A DNA stretch of 63,561 nucleotides, taken from NCBI GenBank assembly GCA_035494915.1, contig DATJGP010000173.1, forward strand, positions 1 to 63,561. The letters are read 5' to 3'. Below are positions 18,894 to 27,778 of the stretch, one piece after another; within the stretch, counting starts at the first letter, position 1, and every line of letters starts with the position of its first letter. This DNA is from Candidatus Eiseniibacteriota bacterium. GTDB taxonomy: Bacteria; Eisenbacteria; RBG-16-71-46; SZUA-252. The position numbers and the translations under genes were made by a program. The notes beneath the pieces are model-generated. The model was given only the letters and a program-made list of their open reading frames with translations. It searched no databases and was not told the DNA's origin.

Positions 18894-19945
18894 GCGGCGG
18901 GGGCCTCAAGGGCTTCTACGAGAAGTATCACGTGCCCTTGATCGCGGCGAAGGTGATCCTGAGCCTCGCGCTCTTCGCCTACGTCGTGGCGAAGGTCTCG
19001 CCCGGGGACATCTGGGCCACCATCCGTCCCGCGGACCCCGGCCTTCTCGTGCTCGCCGGCTCACTCCTTTTTTTCTCGAGCCTCGTCGGCGGATGGCTCT
19101 GGGCGCGGCTCCTCCAGGCGCAGGGCGTGAACATCCCGTTCCGCAAGGCGGCGTCGTATTACTTCGTCGGACTCTTCTTCAACAACTTCCTCCCGTCCAA
19201 CATCGGCGGCGACATCGCGCGGATCTCGGACGCGTCGAAGCACGCGGACAACGTGAGCCGCGTGTTCACGGCCACGCTCATGGACCGGCTGATCGGCGTC
19301 CTCGCGATCGCGTTTCTCGCGCTCCTCGCCTCGTTCGCGTCCGTCGACCGGTTCCACCTGTACGCCATCTACGGGATGATCGCGCTCGTGTTCTTCACGA
19401 TGCTCGGCCTCTTCGTCAGCATCTTCCACCGCCGCGTGCTCGAGGCCTTCGAATGGCCGTTCCGGATGATCGGCGCGCGGGGGATCGCGCGCGCGATCTC
19501 GCGCCTCATGGACGATCTTCACGGCTACAAGGGCCAGGGGGGCGCGCTCGTCACCGCCGTCGCGGCGTCGATGCTGGTCCAGGTCGGCCGGATCGTCGCG
19601 CACTACCTCGTGGGGCTCGCCCTCGGCGTGCGCGTGGCGATGGGTTATTACTTCCTCTTCGTGCCCGTGCTCGCGGCGCTCGTGTCGCTCCCGATCTCGT
19701 TGAACGGTCTCGGCGTCCGTGAAGGCGCCGGCGTCGTCCTCTTCCAGATGTCGGGCATGACCAAGGAGCAGGCGTTCACGGTACCGTTTCTCACCTATCT
19801 CCTCTCCGTCCTCATCAGCTTGATCGGAGGGCTCATCTTCGTGACCCGCCCATCGCGCCGCGCCCTACAGGCGATGCTCGAGAAGAAGCGGAGCGTGCGC
19901 GAGGCGGAGACCGGAGACACCCAAAGGAGACGCATCGGCTCATGA
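18890..19945 (+). CDS. MprF-flippase-like integral membrane protein (UPF0104 / LPG_synthase_TM family)
   Basis: Polytopic membrane protein. FFNNFLPSNIGGDIARI and LPISLNGLGVREG motifs are characteristic of this family. ATGA overlap with the upstream gene. Confidence 0.65.
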   Translation: MSGGGLKGFYEKYHVPLIAAKVILSLALFAYVVAKVSPGDIWATIRPADPGLLVLAGSLLFFSSLVGGWLWARLLQAQGVNIPFRKAASYYFVGLFFNNFLPSNIGGDIARISDASKHADNVSRVFTATLMDRLIGVLAIAFLALLASFASVDRFHLYAIYGMIALVFFTMLGLFVSIFHRRVLEAFEWPFRMIGARGIARAISRLMDDLHGYKGQGGALVTAVAASMLVQVGRIVAHYLVGLALGVRVAMGYYFLFVPVLAALVSLPISLNGLGVREGAGVVLFQMSGMTKEQAFTVPFLTYLLSVLISLIGGLIFVTRPSRRALQAMLEKKRSVREAETGDTQRRRIGS

Positions 19946-22533
19946 CCTGGAAGCGCGGCCACGCCCTGTTCGCGGCCCTCTCCTTCTTCGTCCCGCTCTT
20001 GGCCTACATGCGCACCGTCACGCCGACGGTGCCGTTCTGGGACTCCGGGGAGTTCATCGCGACGTCGTACATCCTCGGCCTTCCGCACCCGCCCGGAAAC
20101 CCGGTCTACACCATGCTCGGGCGCATGATGACGTTCCTGCCCTTCGAGACCGTCGCGTGGCGGGTCAACTTCATGAGCTCGCTCGCGTCGGCGATCACCT
20201 GCTTCTTTACCTATCTCTTCACCGCGCGTGCCATTCGCCGCACGTTCGGCATCGGCTCGGCCGCGGAACGGGGCGACGATGCGGCCCCGGCGTCGGATCT
20301 CACGTGGCTTTCGAGCTGCGTGGGCGGCCTGGTCGCCGCCCTCTTCCTCGCCTTCGGCTCGTCCTTCTGGGACAGCGCGATCGAGGCCGAGGTCTACTCG
20401 CTCTCGTCCGCCATCATCGCGTTCGTCGTCTGGCTCGCCTTCGTCTGGTGGGACCGGCAGGGAGAGCCGGGAAACGACAAGCTCCTCATCCTCATCGTGT
20501 ACATCCTGGGCGTGTCGACCGGCGTGCATCTCGGCACGATCCTGATCGCGCCGTCCCTGCTCGTGCTCTTCTGGATGGTGAGACCGGGCACGTTCAATAG
20601 CTCGAAGTTCCTCGTCCCGTTCCTCGCGATCTGCGGCTTCGTCGTGCTCCTGTACCTGAACGGCGCCCTGGACATGGGGCTCTCGGACAAGGTCATCCTG
20701 GGAATCCTCGCGCTGGGGTTCCTCTACGCCCTCGTCCAGAACAAGTTCTTCATCCGGAAGAACCTCGTCGCCTGGTGGGTGCTCGTCGGGATGATCGGGA
20801 TCACGGTGCAGCTCTTCCTCCTCATCCGAAGCCAGCAGATGCCGAACGTGAACGAAGGAGCCCCCACCACGCTCGGAACGTGGCTCGAGTACCTGAGCCG
20901 CAAGCAGTACGGGCCGGCCGATCCCTTCGACCGGCGCGCCGAGCTCTGGTACCAGATCCAGCACATGTACCTGCGCTACGTGGGGCAGCAGTGGCACCTG
21001 ATCGAGCGGCTGGGGAACCTGGACCTGGGGTCCTTCTGGGTCCGGCTCGTCAACGCGGTCCCGTACCTCTTCTTCTTCACGGGCGCGTTCTGGAACTACC
21101 GTCGCGACCGGAAGTCGTTCTGGTTCTTCCTCGCGACGCACATCATCATGGGTCCGGCGCTCATCTTCTATCTCAACTTCACGGACCACGAGGTTCGCGA
21201 GCGCGACTATTTCTTCACGAACTCCTATCACTTCATCGCGGTGTGGATCGGCATGGGGGCGGCCGCGGCGCTCCACGCTCTCGCGGGCGCGCTCGCGCCA
21301 GGGGAGGTGGCCGCACGAGACGACGAGTCGGAGGAGGTTCCCGCGGCGGCTCCGCTTCCATCGGGAAGCTCCAACCGCGCCGTCCTCGGCCTGGGCGCGC
21401 TCACGCTCACCGGCCTGGCGCTCCTGCCCATGCGGACCAACTGGTTCGAGCACGACCGCTCGGGCTTCTACATCGCGCACGATTACGCCTACAACATGCT
21501 CGAGCCGCTCGAACCCAACGCGGTCGTGTTCACGAACGGGGACAACGACACGTTCCCGCTCTGGTACATCCAGGAGGTGGAGAAGGTCCGTAAGGACGTC
21601 CGGGTCGTCAACCTCAGTCTTCTCAATACTCCCTGGTACATCCAGCAGCTTCGGGACCAGGAGCCGAAGGTTCCGATAAGCTTCACGAATGCGCAGCTCG
21701 CCGTGATGGGCCCCTACCAGGATCCCCAGACCGGGCAGATCGTCTGGGTGAAGGACCTCGCGGTGAAGGACATCGTGAAGACGAACCAGTGGAAGAAGCC
21801 GCTCTACCTGGCGGTCACCGTGCCGGACCAGATGGGGATGGAGAAGCAGCTCTCGCTCGAGGGCCTGGTCTTCCGCATCGACCCGAAGGAGACGCAGAGG
21901 TCGGTCGATCTCGACAAGACCATGCACAACCTCTACTCGACCTTCAAATATGGCGGGCTCCTGGACAAGAACCGCGCCTACGATACGACCGTGTACAAGG
22001 ACGAGAACGCCTATCGTCTCGTCCAGAACTACACGGCGGCGCACGTCCAGGCCGCGTATCAGCTCCAGCTGGCCCGGCGGAATCCGGAAGCGGTCAAGGT
22101 GCTGGAGGACGCGGTGAAGATCTCGCCCGACTTCCCGGGCCTGCTCGAGTACCTGGGCAAGCTGTACGAGGACACGGGACGCCCCGACAAGGCGGAGCAG
22201 ATCTACGTGGAGGGTGTGCGCCGCTTCCCGACGCAGCCCGAGTACCACTATCACCTGGGGATCCTCTACTACCAGACCGGCCGGGTGGATCCGGGCATTG
22301 CGGAGCTCAGGCGCGCGGCCGAGCTGAATCAGCAGTACTTCGACTGGTTCAGCGCGCTCTTCACCGCACTCTGGCAGACGGGCCGGCGCGCCGAGGCGGT
22401 CGACGTGCTCCGCACCTGGGCGCGCGCGCATCCCGAGGACGCGCAGGGGGCGGGCTACCTGAAGGTCTACGAGGAATCACTCCGCGTGCTGGGCTCCGGT
22501 CCCCCAGCGCGCGTGACGCCGGGGCGCGGATGA
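19942..22533 (+). CDS. DUF2723 (TMEM260-like) GT-C-fold membrane glycosyltransferase with C-terminal TPR repeats
   Basis: N-terminal PFWDSGEFIATSYILGLPHPPGNPVY motif, more than 10 predicted TM helices, a soluble domain, then TPR repeats (…AVKISPDFPGLLEYLGKLYEDTGRPDKAEQIYVEGVRRFPTQPEYHYHLGILYYQTGR…). Confidence 0.8.
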   Translation: MTWKRGHALFAALSFFVPLLAYMRTVTPTVPFWDSGEFIATSYILGLPHPPGNPVYTMLGRMMTFLPFETVAWRVNFMSSLASAITCFFTYLFTARAIRRTFGIGSAAERGDDAAPASDLTWLSSCVGGLVAALFLAFGSSFWDSAIEAEVYSLSSAIIAFVVWLAFVWWDRQGEPGNDKLLILIVYILGVSTGVHLGTILIAPSLLVLFWMVRPGTFNSSKFLVPFLAICGFVVLLYLNGALDMGLSDKVILGILALGFLYALVQNKFFIRKNLVAWWVLVGMIGITVQLFLLIRSQQMPNVNEGAPTTLGTWLEYLSRKQYGPADPFDRRAELWYQIQHMYLRYVGQQWHLIERLGNLDLGSFWVRLVNAVPYLFFFTGAFWNYRRDRKSFWFFLATHIIMGPALIFYLNFTDHEVRERDYFFTNSYHFIAVWIGMGAAAALHALAGALAPGEVAARDDESEEVPAAAPLPSGSSNRAVLGLGALTLTGLALLPMRTNWFEHDRSGFYIAHDYAYNMLEPLEPNAVVFTNGDNDTFPLWYIQEVEKVRKDVRVVNLSLLNTPWYIQQLRDQEPKVPISFTNAQLAVMGPYQDPQTGQIVWVKDLAVKDIVKTNQWKKPLYLAVTVPDQMGMEKQLSLEGLVFRIDPKETQRSVDLDKTMHNLYSTFKYGGLLDKNRAYDTTVYKDENAYRLVQNYTAAHVQAAYQLQLARRNPEAVKVLEDAVKISPDFPGLLEYLGKLYEDTGRPDKAEQIYVEGVRRFPTQPEYHYHLGILYYQTGRVDPGIAELRRAAELNQQYFDWFSALFTALWQTGRRAEAVDVLRTWARAHPEDAQGAGYLKVYEESLRVLGSGPPARVTPGRG

Positions 22534-23474
22534 CGGGGCCCGTGCTGGTCACCGGGGCCGCCGGCTTCATCGGCTCCACGCTCAGCGAGAGGCTGCTCGC
22601 CTCCGGAGCGGACGTGATCGGCGTCGACTCGTTCACCGACAACTATGCCCCCTCCATCAAGCGGATGAACATCTCGCGCCTCACGGCGAACCCTCGCTTC
22701 CGGCTGGTCGAGACCGATCTCCGGACCGCGGCCATCGACCCGCTCCTCGACGGCGTGGATGGCGTCGTGCACCTTGCGGCGCTTCCGGGCGTCCGAGCGA
22801 GCTGGGGGGAGCCGTTCCGCGCGTACGCCGAGCACAACGTGGTCGCGACGCAGCGCCTCCTCGAAGCGGTCCGCCGCCATCCCGTCCGGCGGCTGGTGGC
22901 GGCGTCGAGCTCGTCCATCTATGGGCTCCCGACGCGATTTCCGACGCCCGAAGACGAGGCGCCCCGGCCGGTCTCGCCGTACGGCGTGACGAAGCTCGCG
23001 GGGGAAGCGCTGTTCCATGCGTACTGGGCCACTTACCGCCTGCCGCTCGTCGGGCTCCGGTACTTCACGGTCTACGGCCCGCGGCAGAGGCCCGACATGG
23101 GCATCCACGCTTTCTTCGAGGCGGCCAAGAGCGGCACGCCCGTGAAGGTCTACGGCACGGGGGACCAGACCCGGGACTTCACATTCGTCGACGACGCCGT
23201 GGCCGCGACGATCTCAGCGCTCACGCAGCCCGCCGTGCCGGGGCTGACGTACAATGTCGGCGGCGGCCATCGCGTGTCGCTCAACGACCTGCTCGCGCGC
23301 ATCGAGCTCGTGACGGGGCGTCCGCTCGAGCGGAGGCTCGTCGCGGCACCGCCGGGCGATCCGCCCGATACGTCGGCCGACTGCTCGCGCGCGCGACGGG
23401 ACCTGGGGTACGAGCCCAAAACCGAGCTGACGGAGGGACTCAGGCGCCAATGGGAGTGGCAGCGGAGGTCGTGA
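22530..23474 (+). CDS. SDR-family NAD-dependent sugar-nucleotide epimerase/dehydratase
   Basis: VTGAAGFIGS Rossmann motif and SPYGVTKLAGE (YxxxK) catalytic motif. ATGA overlap upstream. Confidence 0.85.
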   Translation: MTGPVLVTGAAGFIGSTLSERLLASGADVIGVDSFTDNYAPSIKRMNISRLTANPRFRLVETDLRTAAIDPLLDGVDGVVHLAALPGVRASWGEPFRAYAEHNVVATQRLLEAVRRHPVRRLVAASSSSIYGLPTRFPTPEDEAPRPVSPYGVTKLAGEALFHAYWATYRLPLVGLRYFTVYGPRQRPDMGIHAFFEAAKSGTPVKVYGTGDQTRDFTFVDDAVAATISALTQPAVPGLTYNVGGGHRVSLNDLLARIELVTGRPLERRLVAAPPGDPPDTSADCSRARRDLGYEPKTELTEGLRRQWEWQRRS

Positions 23475-24427
23475 CCGCGGCGACGCGGGGCGAGCCCGGA
23501 CGGGAGCTCGATCTCACCGTGCTGGTTCCCGTTCTGAACGAGGCTCCGAACATGGAGCCTCTCATCCGGAAGCTGGTCCAGGATCTCGCGCCGCTCCATC
23601 TCTCGTACGAGATCCTGGTGCTCGACGACGGATCGAGCGACGGCACGTTCGACGAGGTGCGCCGGCTGCGCGCGTCCACACCCGGACTCCGCGGCATCCG
23701 CTTCCGGAGGAACTTCGGCAAGTCGGCGGCGCTCTCGGTGGGTTTCGCGGAGGCCCGCGGCCGAGCGGTCGTGACCATGGACGGCGATCTCCAGGACGAT
23801 TCGGCGGAGATCCCGCGCCTTCTCGCAGCCCTCGACGAGGGCTACGACCTCGTGTCGGGGTGGAAGCAGAATCGCCGCGACCCCATCATGAAGACGGTCC
23901 CGTCCAAGCTCTTCAACGCCGTCACGGCCGCGGTGAGCGGCGTGTCGCTCCACGACATGAACTGCGGGCTCAAGGCGTACCGTCAGGAAGTGGTGCGCTC
24001 GGTCAAGCTCCGCGGCGAGCTCCACCGGTTCATCCCGGTGCTCGCGCACAATCAGGGATTCAAGGTGGGCGAGATCCGCACGGTCCACCACCCGCGACTC
24101 CACGGCACGTCCAAGTTCGGCATGTCGCGCTTCCTGAACGGATTCCTGGACCTGATGGCCGTCCAGTTCATGGCCACGAGCAGCACGCGGCCGCTCCATC
24201 TCTTCGGACGCATCGGCGTCACGTTCGCGCTCGTCGGCGGCCTCGTGACGATCGCGACCGTGTGGCCCTGGTTCCTCGGTCATGGACTCCACGTGCGCCC
24301 CGCGCTCCTCTTCGGCCTCGTCCTCGTCATCATGGGCATCCAGTTCCTCTCGCTCGGCTTCCTCGGCGAGCTGATCGCCGGGACGAGGGCGGAGGAGCCG
24401 CGGTATGAGATTCGGGAGTCGTTCTAG
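23450..24427 (+). CDS. GT2 polyprenol-phosphate glycosyltransferase (GtrB/ArnC/CsbB-like, membrane anchored)
   Basis: VLVPVLNEAPN, VLDDGSSDGT and MDGDLQDD (DXD) motifs, followed by two C-terminal TM helices (…FGRIGVTFALVGGLVTIATV…LLFGLVLVIMGIQFLSLGFLGEL). Confidence 0.8.
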   Translation: MGVAAEVVTAATRGEPGRELDLTVLVPVLNEAPNMEPLIRKLVQDLAPLHLSYEILVLDDGSSDGTFDEVRRLRASTPGLRGIRFRRNFGKSAALSVGFAEARGRAVVTMDGDLQDDSAEIPRLLAALDEGYDLVSGWKQNRRDPIMKTVPSKLFNAVTAAVSGVSLHDMNCGLKAYRQEVVRSVKLRGELHRFIPVLAHNQGFKVGEIRTVHHPRLHGTSKFGMSRFLNGFLDLMAVQFMATSSTRPLHLFGRIGVTFALVGGLVTIATVWPWFLGHGLHVRPALLFGLVLVIMGIQFLSLGFLGELIAGTRAEEPRYEIRESF

Positions 24428-24450
24428 CGACGCGTGCGAAGCACGCGTCG
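24428..24450 (+). other. perfect 10-bp GC-rich hairpin in intergenic spacer
   Basis: CGACGCGTGC-GAA-GCACGCGTCG immediately after the TAG stop (24425..24427), with no U-tract. A related GCGTGCGAA copy follows at about 24466. Confidence 0.6.
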
Positions 24451-24493
24451 GAACGCATTCCCCGGCGCGTGCGAACGCCTCGGATCGCATGAG

Positions 24494-25627
24494 ATGAAGG
24501 TCGCCCTCCTAGGCCCGACCTACCCCCACCGAGGCGGCATCGCCCACTACACCACGCTCCTGGCCCGCGCCTTCGCGCGCGATCACGAAACCCACTTCAT
24601 CTCCTTCAGCCGCCTCTACCCATCGTTGTTCTTCCCCGGCACGACGCAATTCGACGCAAGCGGTGAAACGATCGAACCTCCGGTGAAGCCCGAGGCGCTC
24701 CTCGACAGCGTGAACCCCATCACCTGGTACGCCGCGGGCGACCGCCTACGCGCCCTGACGCCCGACCTCCTCGTGGTCCCGTGGTGGCATCCCTTCTTCG
24801 GCCCGTCCCTCGGAACGGCCGCACGCCGCGCGCGCCGCGGCCCGCGGCCGAGGAGGATCTTTCTCTGTCACAACGTGGAGCCGCACGAGGCGACGCCGCT
24901 GGATCACGCGCTCGCCTCCTACGGACTCGGCGCGGCGGACGGCTTCCTCGTCCACGCGCGCGCCGAGGCGGCGCGCCTCGAGCCGCGCGCGCACGGACGT
25001 CCCATCCGCGTGCACCCGCATCCGTCGTACGAGATCTTCCACCGCGGCGCTCCGTCGCGCGACGAAGCGCGCGCGCGGATCGGGGCGAGCGGGCGCGTGC
25101 TCCTTTTCTTCGGGTACGTGCGTCCCTACAAGGGCCTTGCCGATCTTCTGGAAGCGCTCCGCCGCGCGCGCCCGGATTCATGGGACCGGCTCTTCCTCGT
25201 GGGGGAGTTCTACGAGCCGCGCGACCGGTACGCGGCGTGGCTCGACGATCCCGCGCTTCGCGCGAAGATCACCGTCGTGGATCGCTACGTGCCGAACGAG
25301 GAGGTGCGAACATACATGGCCGCGGCCGATCTCGCCGTGCTCCCGTACCGGTCCGCGACCGGCTCAGGCATCGCTCAGGTGGCGTTCGGGGCCGGCGTAC
25401 CGGTGATCGCCACCCGCACGGGCGGGCTCGAGGACGTGGTCGAGGACGGCGTGTCCGGACTCCTCGTCGCCCCCGAGTCGCCCGAGGATCTGGCCCGCGC
25501 CATCGAGCGCTTTGCGGACGAGGATCTCGGCCCGAGGCTCCGCGACGGCGTGGAGCGCGCCCGCGCCCGGTTCAGCTGGGAGTCGCTCGTGGACGCGCTC
25601 GTGAGCCTGGCCGGAGCGTGCTCTTGA
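24494..25627 (+). CDS. glycosyltransferase family 4 (GT-B)
   Basis: N-terminus MKVALLGPTYPHRGGIAHY. C-terminal SATGSGIAQVAFGAGVPVIATRTGGLEDVVEDGVSGLLV signature. Confidence 0.8.
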   Translation: MKVALLGPTYPHRGGIAHYTTLLARAFARDHETHFISFSRLYPSLFFPGTTQFDASGETIEPPVKPEALLDSVNPITWYAAGDRLRALTPDLLVVPWWHPFFGPSLGTAARRARRGPRPRRIFLCHNVEPHEATPLDHALASYGLGAADGFLVHARAEAARLEPRAHGRPIRVHPHPSYEIFHRGAPSRDEARARIGASGRVLLFFGYVRPYKGLADLLEALRRARPDSWDRLFLVGEFYEPRDRYAAWLDDPALRAKITVVDRYVPNEEVRTYMAAADLAVLPYRSATGSGIAQVAFGAGVPVIATRTGGLEDVVEDGVSGLLVAPESPEDLARAIERFADEDLGPRLRDGVERARARFSWESLVDALVSLAGACS

Positions 25628-26568
25628 GCGCCGTCTGGGCCGTGGTCCTCGCCTTCAACGAGTGGGAGGCGACGCGCGAGTGCCTGACCTCGCTCCGCGC
25701 TCTCGATCCCGCGCCCGGCCACACGCTCCTCGTCGACAACGGATCGAGCGATGGGACGCCGGACCAGGCGCGCGCCGCGTTTCCCGAGGTCGAGGTGCTC
25801 GCGCTCGGCGAGAACCGGCTCTTTGCCGGTGGCGTGAACGCGGGGCTCAGGCGCGCGCTCGAGGCGGGGGCGGCCTCGGTGCTCCTCCTCAACAACGACG
25901 TGGTGCTCGAGCGGCAAGCGCTCCGCCATCTCGCGGCCGCGCTCGAGGCCGATCCCAAGCGCGGCGCGGTCAGCCCGAAGCTCTACTTCTGGGATCCGCC
26001 CGACCGCATCTGGTTCGCGGGAGGCGTCGTGACGAAGGGATTCGGTCTGATCCGCCATCGCGGCGTCCACCAGAAGGACGACGCGTTCCGGGACGGCCCG
26101 CGGGCGGTCGACTACGTCTCCGGGGCCGCGGTGCTCCTCTCGCGGCGCGCGCTCGAGACCGTGGGACTCCTCGATCCCGACTACGTGATCTACGTCGAGG
26201 ACGTGGACTGGTCGGCGCGCGCGCGGAAGGCGGGATTCACGCTCTGGTACGAGCCCCAGGCGCGAGGCTGGCATCACGTCTCGCGATCGAGCGGCGGCGG
26301 CAGGCTCACACCGCTCAAGGCCTACTACCGCTTGCGAAGCGGAGCGCTCTACCTCACGCGCCACGCGCCCGCTTGGGAGCGGCCGCTCGCGTGGATGGCG
26401 TACGGGCTCTGGACGTCGTATCTGGTCGGGCGCGCGATGGCGGTGCCCGACGTCGCGTCCACCAAGGCGCTCATCCAGGGATACACCGACTTCACGACGA
26501 TTCTGTTCGGAGGCCGAGCGCCCGATCGTAGGCTCGAAGAATTCGCTCCGCAAACGCGTCCGGGTTGA
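25624..26568 (+). CDS. glycosyltransferase family 2 (rhamnosyltransferase-like)
   Basis: VVLAFNEWEATRECLTSL, VDNGSSDGT and YVEDVDWSARARKAGF motifs. The TTG start overlaps the upstream stop; start uncertain. Confidence 0.8.
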   Translation: MSAVWAVVLAFNEWEATRECLTSLRALDPAPGHTLLVDNGSSDGTPDQARAAFPEVEVLALGENRLFAGGVNAGLRRALEAGAASVLLLNNDVVLERQALRHLAAALEADPKRGAVSPKLYFWDPPDRIWFAGGVVTKGFGLIRHRGVHQKDDAFRDGPRAVDYVSGAAVLLSRRALETVGLLDPDYVIYVEDVDWSARARKAGFTLWYEPQARGWHHVSRSSGGGRLTPLKAYYRLRSGALYLTRHAPAWERPLAWMAYGLWTSYLVGRAMAVPDVASTKALIQGYTDFTTILFGGRAPDRRLEEFAPQTRPG

Positions 26569-27646
26569 ATCGAGCGGCGCGAGCGTTGCCCCGCTCGCCG
26601 AAGGCCGTGCGCTCCTCCGGGGTCAGCCCGGCCGCGCGGGCGAGCGCCTTCGACAGCGCCCCCGCGTCTCCCGCGGGGAACGTCAGTCCCGCGTCCCCGA
26701 GCACCTCGGGGATCGATCCTGCGTCGCTCGCCAACACGGGCACCCCCGAGGCCATGGCCATGAGGAGGGGGAGCCCGAACCCCTCGTAGCGGCTCGGATA
26801 GAGAAAGAGCGCCGCCCCCGCGAAGAGCGACGGCAGATCCCGATCGTCCACGTAGCCCGGAAAGCGCGCGCGTACGCCGAGCCGATGCGCCTCCGCGCGA
26901 AGCGCGTGCCCGGTCGCGTTCAGGCCCCCCGCCAGGATGAGGTCCGGAGCGCGCGACGGATCGGGGAAGGCGAGCGCCATGGCCTCGAGCAGGGTCGCGA
27001 CCCCCTTGCGCGGATCGAAGCCCCCCAGGTAGAGCCAATAGGCGCGCCCGTCGTTCCACTCCGCGCGGGACTCCGACGCGGCCTCCGGCGGGAGCGGCCG
27101 GAACCAGCGGGGAAGGGAGATCGGAACGGCTTCGGTCTTCGCGGCCGTTTCGGGAAGAACGCGCACCAGGTCCTTGCGGCTCGCTTCGCTGTCCGTCATG
27201 ACAAGAGCCGCGGCTTTCGTGGACGCCCGGAGCGCGCGACGATAGAGCCAGCGATGGAGCGGCGCGGGGCTGGGCCATGGGACGAGGTGCGGCAAGAGCC
27301 ACGGGATCACGTCGTGCACCGTGAGAACCGAGGGGAAGGGGAGTCCACCGGGCACGCCATGATTCCAGGTCGCGTGGAAGAGATCGGGAGCGGGATCGAT
27401 CGCGCGCAGAGCGCGCGGTAGCGCGCTCGATTCCCAGCGGATGCGTCCCCCCGCGGCGCCGGTCGCGACGACGGGAACGGATTCGGGAAGGCGGCCCTCC
27501 GGAACGGGCCGGTCCGTGACGGCGACGAACTCCACGCCGCGCGCCCCCAGCTCGTAGAGGAGCGTGGTCACGACGAGGCCCACCCCGGTCACTTCCGCGA
27601 GGGCCAGAGGCCTCACGTCGATCGCCACACGGATCTCGCGCGCCAC
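26492..27646 (-). CDS. glycosyltransferase family 4 (GT-B)
   Basis: YPSRYEGFGLPLLMAMASGVPVLASDAGSIPEVLGDAGLTF signature. GTG start. The 3' end overlaps the convergent GT2 gene by 77 nt. Confidence 0.8.
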   Translation of the reverse strand: MAREIRVAIDVRPLALAEVTGVGLVVTTLLYELGARGVEFVAVTDRPVPEGRLPESVPVVATGAAGGRIRWESSALPRALRAIDPAPDLFHATWNHGVPGGLPFPSVLTVHDVIPWLLPHLVPWPSPAPLHRWLYRRALRASTKAAALVMTDSEASRKDLVRVLPETAAKTEAVPISLPRWFRPLPPEAASESRAEWNDGRAYWLYLGGFDPRKGVATLLEAMALAFPDPSRAPDLILAGGLNATGHALRAEAHRLGVRARFPGYVDDRDLPSLFAGAALFLYPSRYEGFGLPLLMAMASGVPVLASDAGSIPEVLGDAGLTFPAGDAGALSKALARAAGLTPEERTAFGERGNARAARFNPDAFAERILRAYDRALGLRTESS

Positions 27647-27720
27647 GGCGGCACGCTACGGGACCGGGCTCGCCCGGGTCAATGCCCCTCCGCCTGGCGC
27701 GGACACGCGCATCCTCCGGC

Positions 27721-27750
27721 TTGACTGGGCCTTGCGCCCGCACGTAGGCT
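27721..27750 (+). promoter_or_regulatory. putative sigma-70-type promoter for the 27.8-39.6 kb glycosylation operon
   Basis: TTGACT (27721..27726), 18-nt spacer, TAGGCT (27745..27750). GGAGG lies 6 nt before the GTG at 27779. Confidence 0.4.
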
Positions 27751-27778
27751 ACTCCGGTGCACAACCACGGAGGCTCAC

